Part shown: piece after piece, positions 20,288-29,299 of the stretch
Layout of the letters: each line of letters begins with the position of its first letter
Numbering within the stretch: the first letter of the stretch is position 1
Assembly (NCBI GenBank): GCA_963709345.1
Contig: CAVPVX010000002.1
Location: 372,978-436,977, forward strand
Direction of reading: 5' to 3'
Length of the DNA stretch: 64,000 nucleotides
Source: an uncultured Actinomycetes bacterium
GTDB lineage: Bacteria > Actinomycetota > Thermoleophilia > UBA2241
The notes under the pieces: model-generated
Databases searched by the model: none
Told to the model about the DNA's origin: nothing
What the model saw: only the letters and a program-made list of their open reading frames with translations
Program-made: the position numbers and the translations under genes

Positions 20288-20324
20288 GTCGTGCTCCTCG
20301 CTCTCGTCGGGGTCTGGCGCAGTC

Positions 20325-20972
20325 TCAGGAGACCAGCTTGGTGGACAGGGTCACGGCCTCGTACGCCGTCGCGGCCCAACCGTCGGCGCCGATGGTGTCG
20401 GCCCACTCCTTGGTGGTCGCGCCGCCGCCGATGATCACCTTGAAGTCATCACGCTTGCCCTGGTCCTTGAGCGCGTCGATCACGTCGCGCTGACCCACCA
20501 GGGTCGTCGTGAGCAGGGCCGACATGGCGATGATGTCGGCGTCGACCTCCTTGGCCTTGTCGACGAACTGGAACAGGTCGACGTCGATGCCGAGATCCCA
20601 CACCTCGAAACCCGAGGTCTCGTACAGGAGCTTGAGGATGTTCTTGCCGATGGAGTGGAGGTCACCCTTGACGGTGCCGAGAACGATCTTGCCCTTCTTC
20701 TCACCCTCGGCGCCGGCTTCCTTGATCTTGGGCTCGAGGATGACCATCGCCGACTGGAAGGCGAGGGCCGCCTGCATGAGTTCGGGGAGGAAGATGTCCT
20801 CGCACTCGAACTGCTCGCCGATCACGTTGAGGCCCGGCAGCAGCCCCTTGTCGATGACGGCCTTGGCCTCGACGCCGTCGGCGAGGGCCGCGTTGACGGC
20901 CGCGAGGACCTGATCCTCGTCCTGGTCGATGATCGACTGCTTCAGCTTGTCGAAGTGGTCTGCGTCCGCCAT
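20325..20972 (-). CDS. Methyltransferase cognate corrinoid (B12-binding) protein, MtbC/MttC-like
   Basis: Cap domain IFLPELMQAA, GTVKGDLHSIGKNI (DxHxxG), DLGIDV, MSALLTTT and IIGGG; AAGGGG RBS before ATG 20972. Confidence 0.95.
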   Translation of the reverse strand: MADADHFDKLKQSIIDQDEDQVLAAVNAALADGVEAKAVIDKGLLPGLNVIGEQFECEDIFLPELMQAALAFQSAMVILEPKIKEAGAEGEKKGKIVLGTVKGDLHSIGKNILKLLYETSGFEVWDLGIDVDLFQFVDKAKEVDADIIAMSALLTTTLVGQRDVIDALKDQGKRDDFKVIIGGGATTKEWADTIGADGWAATAYEAVTLSTKLVS

Positions 20973-21119
20973 GGAATGCACCCCTTGGTCCGATTGAACA
21001 TTGCCCGGCCGCGTTCCGGCGGCCGCGTGACTGGTCGGGACTTCGTCTCAGCTCTTCGTGTCAGTCCGTCCTTGGTAGAGCCTTCGGCCGCTCAGGCCGC
21101 TCACTAGCGTCTGCGCCGA

Positions 21120-22571
21120 TCAGTCCTCCAGCGGAGTCGCGTCGCCGGCCACGAGGCCGGCGAAGCGCTCTCTGATCTCCGCGTCGAGTACGGCGTCCCA
21201 GGCGGCGCCGTTGGGCTCCGCCAGGATGCGACGCGCCTCGGCGAGGGCGCGGTCGTTGATGACCGGCCGGCCCGCGTCCTCCCACTGCTGGCGCATATCG
21301 CGGTTGGCCAGCTTGGGCAGTACGGCGGTCGTCTTCATGCGCGCCTTGGTGTGCTTGCGGCCCATGTAGCTGCCACCGGGGCCGACGGCGGCGATCTCGT
21401 CGAGGGCGAGATTCTCCTCGCTGAACTCCAGGCCGCGATAGGCGCGCTTGTCCATGATCGCGATCTCGTTGTCGACGACCGCCTTGGCGAAGTCGAAGGC
21501 CATGAGCGAACTGAAGAGGCCGCCCATGTTGAGCAGGGTGGCGCCGGCCGCGACGCCGAGCACCGTGTTCATGCCGGTCTCGTAGCCCGCCTGGGCGTCG
21601 TTCGAGTGTGAGTTGGTGAGGCCGATGTACCCGCCCGAGGGCACCCCGTAGAACCGCGCCAGCTGAGCCTGCGCCGCGAGAAGCATGCCCGTCTCGATGG
21701 CACCCGGCGCATAGGCGCCGGTGCGCATGTCGGCGACCGTCGGCAGGCTCGCATAGATGATCGGCGTGCCCTCCTTGACCATCTGCTGGAACACGGTGAT
21801 GGCGAGGAACTCGGCGTTGCCGACCACGAGGGTGCCCATCAGCGTCATGGGCGAGGTGAGGCCGGCGTTCGGCACCACCGTCGTGTACACGGGCAGCCCC
21901 CGCTCCGTGAGCCACATGACCGCCTCGGTGGAATCGACGTCCATGGTGAGCGGGCTGACCATCGGGCAGTAGTGGTGGTTGATGATCGGCCGCTCGGCGT
22001 AGGCGTCCTTGCCGCCGGCGATGAGCTCACCAAGCTCGATGATCTGGCGCAGGTCGTCCATGTTCGGCGTGTTGCTGCGCACGGGCTTGAGGCAGTTCTT
22101 GAGGGCCGGGTAGAACCGGCTCAAGCTGAACTGCCCCTCGGGCGCGTCGTCGGCCAGGGTCGAGATGCTGAACACGTCGAACCCGGGCAACTCGTTGATG
22201 AGGTGGGCGATGTTGGCGATGTCCGTGGACGTCGCGCGACGCTCGACTCCCGTGACAGGGTCGACCACGTTGGGCGCCGACGAGCCGGTGACGACGATGG
22301 GGCCGTCATCGGGGATCGTGCGGTCGAACTGCGGGTCGCGGCCGCGGAACGTGAAGCTCGGCGGCGCCAGCTTGCGGTACTTCTCGACGACGTCGGCCGG
22401 CATGCGCACCAGGCCGGTATCGTCGTCCACCGTGCAGCCGTGCGTCTTGAACACCTGTCGTGCGGGAGCGAAGTGGGCAAGAATGCCCACCGTCTCGAGC
22501 ACCTCGAGTGAGGCCTCGTGCGTGCGCCGTACCTCGGCCTCAGTGAGCATCTCGACGTACTTCATGGTCAT
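21120..22571 (-). CDS. MttB-superfamily (trimethylamine methyltransferase-like) methyltransferase lacking pyrrolysine
   Basis: HEASLEVLETVG, VSPLTMD, AGLTSPMTLMG, ADMRTG, DAQAGYE and AVGPGGSY; the Pyl-equivalent position in YGVPSGGYIG-L-TNSH is Leu. ATG 22571 overlaps the kinase stop (ATGA). Confidence 0.92.
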   Translation of the reverse strand: MTMKYVEMLTEAEVRRTHEASLEVLETVGILAHFAPARQVFKTHGCTVDDDTGLVRMPADVVEKYRKLAPPSFTFRGRDPQFDRTIPDDGPIVVTGSSAPNVVDPVTGVERRATSTDIANIAHLINELPGFDVFSISTLADDAPEGQFSLSRFYPALKNCLKPVRSNTPNMDDLRQIIELGELIAGGKDAYAERPIINHHYCPMVSPLTMDVDSTEAVMWLTERGLPVYTTVVPNAGLTSPMTLMGTLVVGNAEFLAITVFQQMVKEGTPIIYASLPTVADMRTGAYAPGAIETGMLLAAQAQLARFYGVPSGGYIGLTNSHSNDAQAGYETGMNTVLGVAAGATLLNMGGLFSSLMAFDFAKAVVDNEIAIMDKRAYRGLEFSEENLALDEIAAVGPGGSYMGRKHTKARMKTTAVLPKLANRDMRQQWEDAGRPVINDRALAEARRILAEPNGAAWDAVLDAEIRERFAGLVAGDATPLED

Positions 22572-23785
22572 CCCCCCTCCCCCTCTGCGACCTCGAGTAC
22601 GGATGCGGGCGCCTTGACACGCCCGGCCATAGCGGCGAGATCGTCGAGGCGGGCCTCGATGAAGTCGACGAACGCCACGTTGTGCTCGAGGAAGTAGAGG
22701 TACTCGTCGTCGTCCGGATCGCGGTCGATGTAGTAGGCGACGATGTCCCAACTGACCACGTAGAGCGCGGCGATCGCCAGCATGCGGGGCAGCGCGGCGA
22801 ATTCGCCGTCGGTGAGCGGGCCGGGGGCCTCGGTGCGGGACGCCTCGTCCTGATAGGCCCTCAGGAAGATCTCCGCCTTGTCGAGTCGGAGCTCGCCGTC
22901 GTCCGCTTCCTTCCACGATGCGCAGAAGTAGACGATGCCGATGGCGATGTCGAAGACGCGGTAGTCGAGCTTGGCCCAGTCGAAGTCGAACAGACCGACG
23001 CCGTGCTCGTCACGCCACTTGAGGTTGCCGGGATGGTAGTCACAGAAGACGGGACAACGCGGCAGACCGTCGAGCTCGGGACCCAGCATAAGGCCGCGGT
23101 CGATCGCCGCGAGGATCCCCGGCAACTGTGAGAGGAAGTACTGGTCGTATTTGGTACCCTTCGTCCCCTCGGCATAGCCGTTGAACGTGGCGGACATGGC
23201 CGCGAGGTAGTCCATGATCGGCGGCTGTTCGCGGAACAACTCGCCGGGCTCGAAGTCATGGGCGGCCTGATGGAAGCGCGCCAGCAAGCGAGCAGCATCC
23301 TCGTACTCGGTGTCGGTGCAGCGGTTCTCGGTCCAGGTGTACTTGTCCTCGCCGGTCAGCATCTCGTACACGGCGAAGAAGCGCGGGACACGCTCGGCGC
23401 CGAGAAGCTCCTCGCGCGTGACCAGCGTGTCGCCCCCTCTGGTCTCGTAGACGCATGCGGGGAGCTCGAAGCCCTTGCCCCTGATGTGACGGACGAGCGC
23501 GTGCTCGTAGCGGATCTCGCGCTCGACCGTGCCGTACTTGTACTTGCGCACGAAGTTCCGGCGCTCCCCGTCGCCGTCCCTCGTGACGACGGCGAAGCTC
23601 AGGTTCTCGAAGCCGCCGAAGATCTGTTCGACCCGGAGGACCTCTCCAAGGTCGTAGTCTGTCGCGACCACCTCGGCCAGCTGGCCGCTGAGGAACTCGA
23701 CCTGGAGCGCGTCGCGAAGCTCGCCGGCGTCACTCGCAAGCCGAACGGCGACCTCGAAGAGCTCGTTCACTCGATCTACGTCCAC
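22568..23785 (-). CDS. Phosphotransferase, APH / type II homoserine kinase / choline kinase-like fold
   Basis: FGGFENLSF glycine loop, FVRKYK, IRYEH, LARFHQA, CDYHPGNL catalytic loop and FDFDW. Confidence 0.88.
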   Translation of the reverse strand: MDVDRVNELFEVAVRLASDAGELRDALQVEFLSGQLAEVVATDYDLGEVLRVEQIFGGFENLSFAVVTRDGDGERRNFVRKYKYGTVEREIRYEHALVRHIRGKGFELPACVYETRGGDTLVTREELLGAERVPRFFAVYEMLTGEDKYTWTENRCTDTEYEDAARLLARFHQAAHDFEPGELFREQPPIMDYLAAMSATFNGYAEGTKGTKYDQYFLSQLPGILAAIDRGLMLGPELDGLPRCPVFCDYHPGNLKWRDEHGVGLFDFDWAKLDYRVFDIAIGIVYFCASWKEADDGELRLDKAEIFLRAYQDEASRTEAPGPLTDGEFAALPRMLAIAALYVVSWDIVAYYIDRDPDDDEYLYFLEHNVAFVDFIEARLDDLAAMAGRVKAPASVLEVAEGEGG

Positions 23786-23897
23786 ACGGCCTCGGTTCCG
23801 TCGCAGCGGCGCGCATCGCGCGCCGGTCTCGCAGGCTCACACGCCTGCCCGTCGCGGTGGCGGAAAACCGCGGTTCGCAGCCCCCCGCAGCCGGTCA

Positions 23898-24692
23898 TCA
23901 CACGACGATGCACTGCAATCCTCGCCGCGTGATCTCGTCTCGCACACCCCTGTCGACGCTGTCGTCGACCATCACTATGTCAACCCTGTCGAAGCCGCAG
24001 ATGGCGACATCGGCGACGACGCCGATCTTGGAGGCGTCGGCCAGGGCCACGACGTCGCCCCGCGTCTGCGTGATCATGGCACGCTCCACGCCGGCCATGC
24101 TGACGGTCGGCGTCGTGAGACCTTCGGTAAGGTCGAATCCGTCGACGCCGAGGAGCATCCTGCTCGCGCGGAAGCGGCTGATGTGCTCCAGAGCGAGCGG
24201 TCCGCTGACCGCGTTCGAGCGCGGCCGGTACAGGCCACCGACGAGGATGACCTCGAGGCGCAGCCCTTTGGCTTCCTGGATGGCTCCGACATTGTGGGTG
24301 ACGACGCGAGCTTCGAGCGCCGGGTCGACGTGGCTGAGGACCTTGGCGGCGGTGGTGCCCGAACTGAGGAAGACCGTCTCTCCGGGCCGGATGAGGGCGG
24401 CGGCGCTCTCGGCGATCCGCCGCTTCTCCTCGGTGTGCGTCGTCGCTCGCTCCACGTAGAGCGACTCCTCCACGAGGCGGCGCTTGAGAATAGCGCCGCC
24501 GTGCGTGCGCACGAGGACTCCCTCCGCCTCAAGCCGCTCGAGGTCTCTGCGGATGGTCATCCCAGACACACCAAGATCCTCGCTCAGCGAAGACACGCGG
24601 ACCGCCTGCCGCTCCTCGACCATGTCGATGATGCGCGCGCGACGCTCGGCGGGGATCATCTCATGGACTTCCGGGACATCTGGCGACGCCAC
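23898..24692 (-). CDS. DeoR/GlpR-family transcriptional regulator (copy 1, 264 aa)
   Basis: VSGMTIRRDLERL HTH, RTHGGA, EKRRIA, VFLSSGTT and LADASKIG; start chosen by collinearity with the paralog at 52208. Confidence 0.93.
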   Translation of the reverse strand: MASPDVPEVHEMIPAERRARIIDMVEERQAVRVSSLSEDLGVSGMTIRRDLERLEAEGVLVRTHGGAILKRRLVEESLYVERATTHTEEKRRIAESAAALIRPGETVFLSSGTTAAKVLSHVDPALEARVVTHNVGAIQEAKGLRLEVILVGGLYRPRSNAVSGPLALEHISRFRASRMLLGVDGFDLTEGLTTPTVSMAGVERAMITQTRGDVVALADASKIGVVADVAICGFDRVDIVMVDDSVDRGVRDEITRRGLQCIVV

Positions 24693-24723
24693 AGCCTCCC
24701 CCACTACTCGCGTCCTGCGGGCC

Positions 24724-24779
24724 GACAAGACCGAACAAAGTCGAACACATCATAGGCTCGCAGCCGCGAGTGTCAAGCA
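24724..24779 (-). promoter_or_regulatory. Sigma-70-type promoter with 10-bp-phased repeats (candidate DeoR operator)
   Basis: TTGACA (24776-24771), 16 nt, TATGAT (24754-24749), then g-tgttcgactt-tgttcggtct-tgtcg; closely matches 52122-52177 outside the spacer. Confidence 0.75.
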
Positions 24780-25091
24780 TTGCGTCCGGCAAAGGACATC
24801 TCCCTGGCTGATGCGTCACCCGGCACAGTCGCGCCTGTGGTCACACCCGAGGCCCAACGCCGGACACCCCCAGGCGACGGCGCGGCCCGCCTCGCGCACG
24901 CGAGATGAGACTCGAACGGCCGGGCGCTTCACTACCCACTGCTGCCATCCCGCGCCGGAGACGCCCACTGTTCACATCCTGCGGCGCCCGACCGTTCCCC
25001 GTGCGTGCACGGGAATCTCGCGTCAGCTCGACCGGACGATCGCCCGAGATCCTTGCTCGGCCGTTCGCCGGGCTCCATGCGGACCAGAGGC

Positions 25092-25150
25092 AATCTGAGC
25101 ACTTTCGAGCATAACTGAACGAAGTCTACCGCCTTGTGGCCGCAGGTCAA
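25092..25150 (-). promoter_or_regulatory. Second upstream promoter with the same architecture
   Basis: TTGACC, 16 nt, TAGACT, then t-cgttcagtta-tgctcgaaag-tgctcagatt. Confidence 0.55.
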
Positions 25151-25183
25151 CCCCCCGCGTGGGCAAGCGACGCCCGGCGGCGC

Positions 25184-26197
25184 CTACTGACCCTGGAACG
25201 CCCAAGTGTAGGAAGGATCCCACCAGGCGTGGCCGTAGCCCTTGCGGAGAGCCAGCGCGGTCGCCTTGATCTGCGCGGCGCCGTCGGTGATGCGCGCCGA
25301 GCGCCATGGGTTCCAGGAGCCGCGCCACGTGGTCGGAGCGTACTGGAAGAGGCCGTAGTAGCCGCCCGGGCCCACGATGGTGGCCGAGCCGCCCGACTCG
25401 ATCATCATGAGGCGGTACATGCCGCGAGCGCTCACGCCGTTTCTCGCGGCGGCCGACTGGATGAGCGGCCACCACTGCCCGGAGCCGCCGCCGTCCTGAT
25501 CGGGCGGCTCCACCGCCGGCTGCGGGGTGGCGGACTCGTCGGAGTCGTCGGAGTCGTCGGCCGCCAGCGCGACGAGCCGCCGGATGTCGGAGCGCACCCC
25601 GGCCAGCAGGCTGCGCCGTTCCTCGAGACGGCCGCGAATGGTCGTGAGCTCCGACTCGCACGTCCCGACCAGCTTCCGCGCCGTGCCCTCGTCTGCCTCG
25701 AGCTTGACGCTGCGGTCGACCAGCTCGCGCTTGGTACGCTCGATGGTGCGCAGGACGTCGCGGTCGCTGCGCGCGATGGCGCGCACCATGTTGAGCTGCC
25801 GGACCAGCTCGCCGAAGTCGGCGGCGGAGAAGAGGGCGTCGAGGGCGCCGATGTCCTCCTGCTTGTACAGCGCCACCGCGCGCACGGAGAGGGTCGCGCG
25901 GGCGATGCTCAGCTCGCGATAGGCGAGGCGTTGCCGGCGCCGATTGTCGACGAGCTGGGCCTTGACGGCCTCGAGCGACCGGGTCGCCTGCGAGTAGCGA
26001 GTGACGGCGGCGTCGATGCTGCCGTCCAGCGCCGCGACGTCGGCGGCCAGGGCGCGCGCCTTGTCGCGGTTCTTCTCGAGCTCACCGGTCCGCGCGACCA
26101 CCGTCGTGGCCGCCGTAGCCCCCAGCAGCGCGAACGCGACGCACAGGACCGCCGGGATGAGGATTGCCAGACCGTGTCTCGGGTGGCTGCCTTGCAG
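25184..26197 (-). CDS. Secreted coiled-coil (CwlO/PcsB-like) protein with C-terminal lytic transglycosylase/Rpf-like domain
   Basis: Signal peptide, long coiled coil with RAVALYK..DALFSAADFGEL, then MMIESGG, YYGLFQYAPTTW and AQIKATA; the start is uncertain (CTG after AAGGAG). Confidence 0.8.
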   Translation of the reverse strand: MQGSHPRHGLAILIPAVLCVAFALLGATAATTVVARTGELEKNRDKARALAADVAALDGSIDAAVTRYSQATRSLEAVKAQLVDNRRRQRLAYRELSIARATLSVRAVALYKQEDIGALDALFSAADFGELVRQLNMVRAIARSDRDVLRTIERTKRELVDRSVKLEADEGTARKLVGTCESELTTIRGRLEERRSLLAGVRSDIRRLVALAADDSDDSDESATPQPAVEPPDQDGGGSGQWWPLIQSAAARNGVSARGMYRLMMIESGGSATIVGPGGYYGLFQYAPTTWRGSWNPWRSARITDGAAQIKATALALRKGYGHAWWDPSYTWAFQGQ

Positions 26198-26391
26198 ACC
26201 GTCTCCTTGACAAGGCAGGCGCTCAGCAGCCGCCTGCCGCTCTATCCGTGGCGCACAGAGAACGCGCCGAGGGCGAAGTCGCAAACTATCACGGCAGTGC
26301 AAGGCGCTCAAGCGTGAGTGCGCGCCCTCGCCGTGACGCAACGTGCCCGCTGCGAGGCACGTGACGGCGTCGCTCGATTCACCGCCGGCTC

Positions 26392-26434
26392 TTGACAGGC
26401 TGACTCAACACATGGTGAAATCAACACGCGTTGA
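26392..26434 (+). promoter_or_regulatory. -35 box plus tandem palindromic operator (candidate TetR sites)
   Basis: TTGACA at 26392; TCAAC-acat-GGTGA (26405-26418) and TCAAC-acgc-GTTGA (26421-26434). Confidence 0.6.
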
Positions 26435-26489
26435 GTTTATGCCACGGGGCTCGCCGCGGTCCGCCACGCAAACGTTGGAAGGGAGAGCC

Positions 26490-27635
26490 ATGCGCGCCAT
26501 CGCACTCAAGGAGTTCCGCGAGCTGCGCCGCGACCGGCGTACTCTGGTCATGCTCTTTCTGCTGCCGCTCTTCTTCCTCGTGGTCTTCGGCTACGCCGCC
26601 AGTTTCGACATCAAGGCGATACCCACCCTGGTGGCCGGCAACGGAGCCCAGCTCGTGGCGGCGGCGCTGCCCGAAGAGTTCGAAGTCACGTCGACCGACA
26701 CGAGCGGCGATGCCGCCAGCGCCCGCGCCGCGCTGCAGCGCGGCGATGTCGTGGTGGCGATCGTGACTCCCGCTGAGGCCGGCCAGGCGCCACAGATACT
26801 CGTGGACGGCACCGAGCTATTCGCGGCGCAGGCGGCGCTGCGCAGCATCGCCCAACTGCGCGCCGGCATGACCGCGACGGGCGGCGCGGGGTCCGGCGTC
26901 CCGAGCCCGCTGGCCGGCGCCGCCGCGAGTGACCCTGTCGCCGCCTCACAGCCGGAGATCATGTTCAACCCGGACCTGCGCACGGCGGTGATCATGATCC
27001 CCGGGCTCTGCGGCGTCATCCTCGTGTTCGTCGGCACAGTCGCGACGGCGCTCGGGGTCGTGCGCGAACGTCAGAACGGCACCATGGAGCAGCTGGCGGT
27101 CATGCCGTTCCGGCCACGCGACGTGTTTCTCGGCAAGATCGCTCCCTACCTCGTGATCGCCGCTGCCGACATGGTCGTCGTCGTGGTCGTCGGCATGCTG
27201 CTCTTCGACGTCCCGTTGCGTGGGTCCGTCGCCACATTCACACTCGGAGCCGTCCTCTTCCTCTTCGTGACCCTGGGCATCGGTGTTCTCATCTCGAGCA
27301 TCTCCCAGACGCAGGGCCAGGCGATCCAGCTGGCCATGATGACGATGCTGCCGCAGTTTCTGCTCAGCGGCCTCTTCTTCCCCCTGTACTCGATGCCGTG
27401 GGGTGTGCGGTGGATCGGCTATCTGCTGCCGCTCACCTACTTCATCAAGGTGGCGCGTGGCGTCATGGTGCGCGGAACTCCCATCGACGCGCTCTGGGTT
27501 CCTCTTGTCGTGCTGGCGGTGATGGCGGTGGTCGTCTTCACCGCATCCACTCTGCGCTTTCGCAGAGACCTCGCTCCGGCCGGAGCCGCCGACGCCGATC
27601 CCGCCGGCGAAACGGCCGCGGAGGCGTCCTCGTGA
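26490..27635 (+). CDS. ABC-2 type exporter permease (YbhS/YbhR-like)
   Basis: KEFRELRRDRRTL, VVRERQNGTMEQL, LSGLFFP and LPLTYF. Confidence 0.92.
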   Translation: MRAIALKEFRELRRDRRTLVMLFLLPLFFLVVFGYAASFDIKAIPTLVAGNGAQLVAAALPEEFEVTSTDTSGDAASARAALQRGDVVVAIVTPAEAGQAPQILVDGTELFAAQAALRSIAQLRAGMTATGGAGSGVPSPLAGAAASDPVAASQPEIMFNPDLRTAVIMIPGLCGVILVFVGTVATALGVVRERQNGTMEQLAVMPFRPRDVFLGKIAPYLVIAAADMVVVVVVGMLLFDVPLRGSVATFTLGAVLFLFVTLGIGVLISSISQTQGQAIQLAMMTMLPQFLLSGLFFPLYSMPWGVRWIGYLLPLTYFIKVARGVMVRGTPIDALWVPLVVLAVMAVVVFTASTLRFRRDLAPAGAADADPAGETAAEASS

Positions 27636-29299
27636 ACAGCGCCGCACCCAGCGCCCGCGCCACCGTCTGGGGCGCGCAGGGCGTCACCGTCCGCTACGGA
27701 GACCACGTCGCCCTTGAAGACGTGAGCATCACGCTTCCCGCCGGCACCGTCACCGCCGTCATCGGCGGAGACGGTGCCGGCAAGACCACTCTGCTCCGCG
27801 TCCTCGCGGGCGTGGTGCGGCCGGCAGCCGGCAGCGTAAGCCGCCCGCAGAGACGCCGGATCGGCTACGTCGCCGGCGCCTCCGGCGTCTACGACGATCT
27901 CAGCGTCGACGAGAACGTCGAGTTCATCGCGGCCGCCTACGGCGTCCGCCGGCCCGATCTCGAGCGGCGTGCGTCGGAGCTCTTCGCGACGACCGGGCTC
28001 AGCGGCACGGGCGACCGGCTCGCGGGCCGACTCTCCGGCGGCATGCGTCAGAAGCTCGCCTTCGCGCTCGCGATGCTGCACGAGCCCGACCTGCTGATCC
28101 TCGATGAGCCGACGACAGGCGTCGACCCCGTCAGTCGTGCCGACCTCTGGCGACTCATCGCGAGAGCCGCCGCCGACGGGGCCGGGGTCGTCGTGGCGAC
28201 GACGTACCTCGACGAGGCACAACGCGCCTCGAGCCTCGTCGTGCTGGAAGACGGCCGGGAGCGGAACGCCGCCGCGCTGCTCGCCATGGAGCCCGCCGTC
28301 ACGCGGCAGAACACCCGCGAGCACAACTCCACGGCGGACTCGTCGAGCGAGGCGACGGCCGAGTCGGGCAGCCAGAGCGTCCGGCCGGCCGCCGGGGCAG
28401 CCGGCGCAGCACTGCCGCTCGCCGTCACCTCCGCGCTGGTGCGCCGCTACGGCGCCCTCACCGCCGTCGACGACGTGGACCTCGAACTGCGTCCGGGCGA
28501 GGTCGTAGGGCTGCTCGGTGCCAACGGCGCCGGGAAGACGACGCTGATCCGGCTCCTGCTCGGCCTTGAGCATCCCACGTCGGGCAGAGCCTTGCTGTTC
28601 GGCCGCACGCCGTCGCGCGAGACCCGCGGCCGGCTCGGCTACGTCCCGCAGGGCCTCGGGCTGTGGGGGGACCTCACGGTCGCCGAGAATCTGGCGTTCT
28701 CGGCGGAGGCGTTCGGGAGCGAGCCTCCGGCGCTCGAGCCGGCGCTCGCCGTCGCCGCAGGCACACTCGTTCGCGACCTGCCGCTCGGCCTGCGGCGGCG
28801 CCTGGCCTTCGCGGCTGCCCTCGCTCATGACCCCGATCTGCTCGTCCTCGACGAACCCACCTCGGGGGTCGGTCTCGAGGCGAGAGCCGCTCTCTGGGAG
28901 ACCATCCATGTCTCAGCGGCGGCAGGCGCGGGCGTGCTCGTGACGACGCACCACCTGGACGAAGCGGGAGAGTGCGACCGGCTGATCCTCATGGCCTCCG
29001 GTCGCATCATCGCGCAAGGTACGCTCGCCGACATCATCGGCGACGCCACGGCGGTCGCCGTCACCACCGACCGCTGGGACGAGGCCTTCGCAGCCCTGGA
29101 CGACGCCGGCCTGCCGGCGGCCCTGGTAGGGCGTGGTCTGCGCGTGACCGGCGACGACACGGCGTGCGTGCGTAAGGCGCTCGACGCGCGTCACGTCTCC
29201 GCCGACTTCAGCATCGTCCCCGCAACATTCGAAGAGACATTCGTCCGGCTGGCTCGCGCCGGCGCCGACACCGCCGTGATCGAAAGGACCGACCAGTGA
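27632..29299 (+). CDS. ABC transporter ATP-binding protein with two NBDs (YbhF-like)
   Basis: GGDGAGKTT / LSGGMRQKL / LDEPTTGVD and GANGAGKTT / LPLG / LDEPTSGV. Confidence 0.92.
   Translation: MNSAAPSARATVWGAQGVTVRYGDHVALEDVSITLPAGTVTAVIGGDGAGKTTLLRVLAGVVRPAAGSVSRPQRRRIGYVAGASGVYDDLSVDENVEFIAAAYGVRRPDLERRASELFATTGLSGTGDRLAGRLSGGMRQKLAFALAMLHEPDLLILDEPTTGVDPVSRADLWRLIARAAADGAGVVVATTYLDEAQRASSLVVLEDGRERNAAALLAMEPAVTRQNTREHNSTADSSSEATAESGSQSVRPAAGAAGAALPLAVTSALVRRYGALTAVDDVDLELRPGEVVGLLGANGAGKTTLIRLLLGLEHPTSGRALLFGRTPSRETRGRLGYVPQGLGLWGDLTVAENLAFSAEAFGSEPPALEPALAVAAGTLVRDLPLGLRRRLAFAAALAHDPDLLVLDEPTSGVGLEARAALWETIHVSAAAGAGVLVTTHHLDEAGECDRLILMASGRIIAQGTLADIIGDATAVAVTTDRWDEAFAALDDAGLPAALVGRGLRVTGDDTACVRKALDARHVSADFSIVPATFEETFVRLARAGADTAVIERTDQ

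Noticed and set aside
24780-24880. Cobalamin riboswitch upstream of the DeoR gene
   Set aside because: Only fragments (gcgactgt, agccaggga) resemble it; the conserved GGGAA and B12-box arrangement is not evident.
25533-25561. 9-bp repeat (ggagtcgtc)
   Set aside because: It encodes a DDSDDSDES linker in the hydrolase, an ordinary low-complexity coding repeat.
26200-26300. c-di-AMP (ydaO) riboswitch before the cell-wall hydrolase
   Set aside because: The conserved ydaO motifs were not found.
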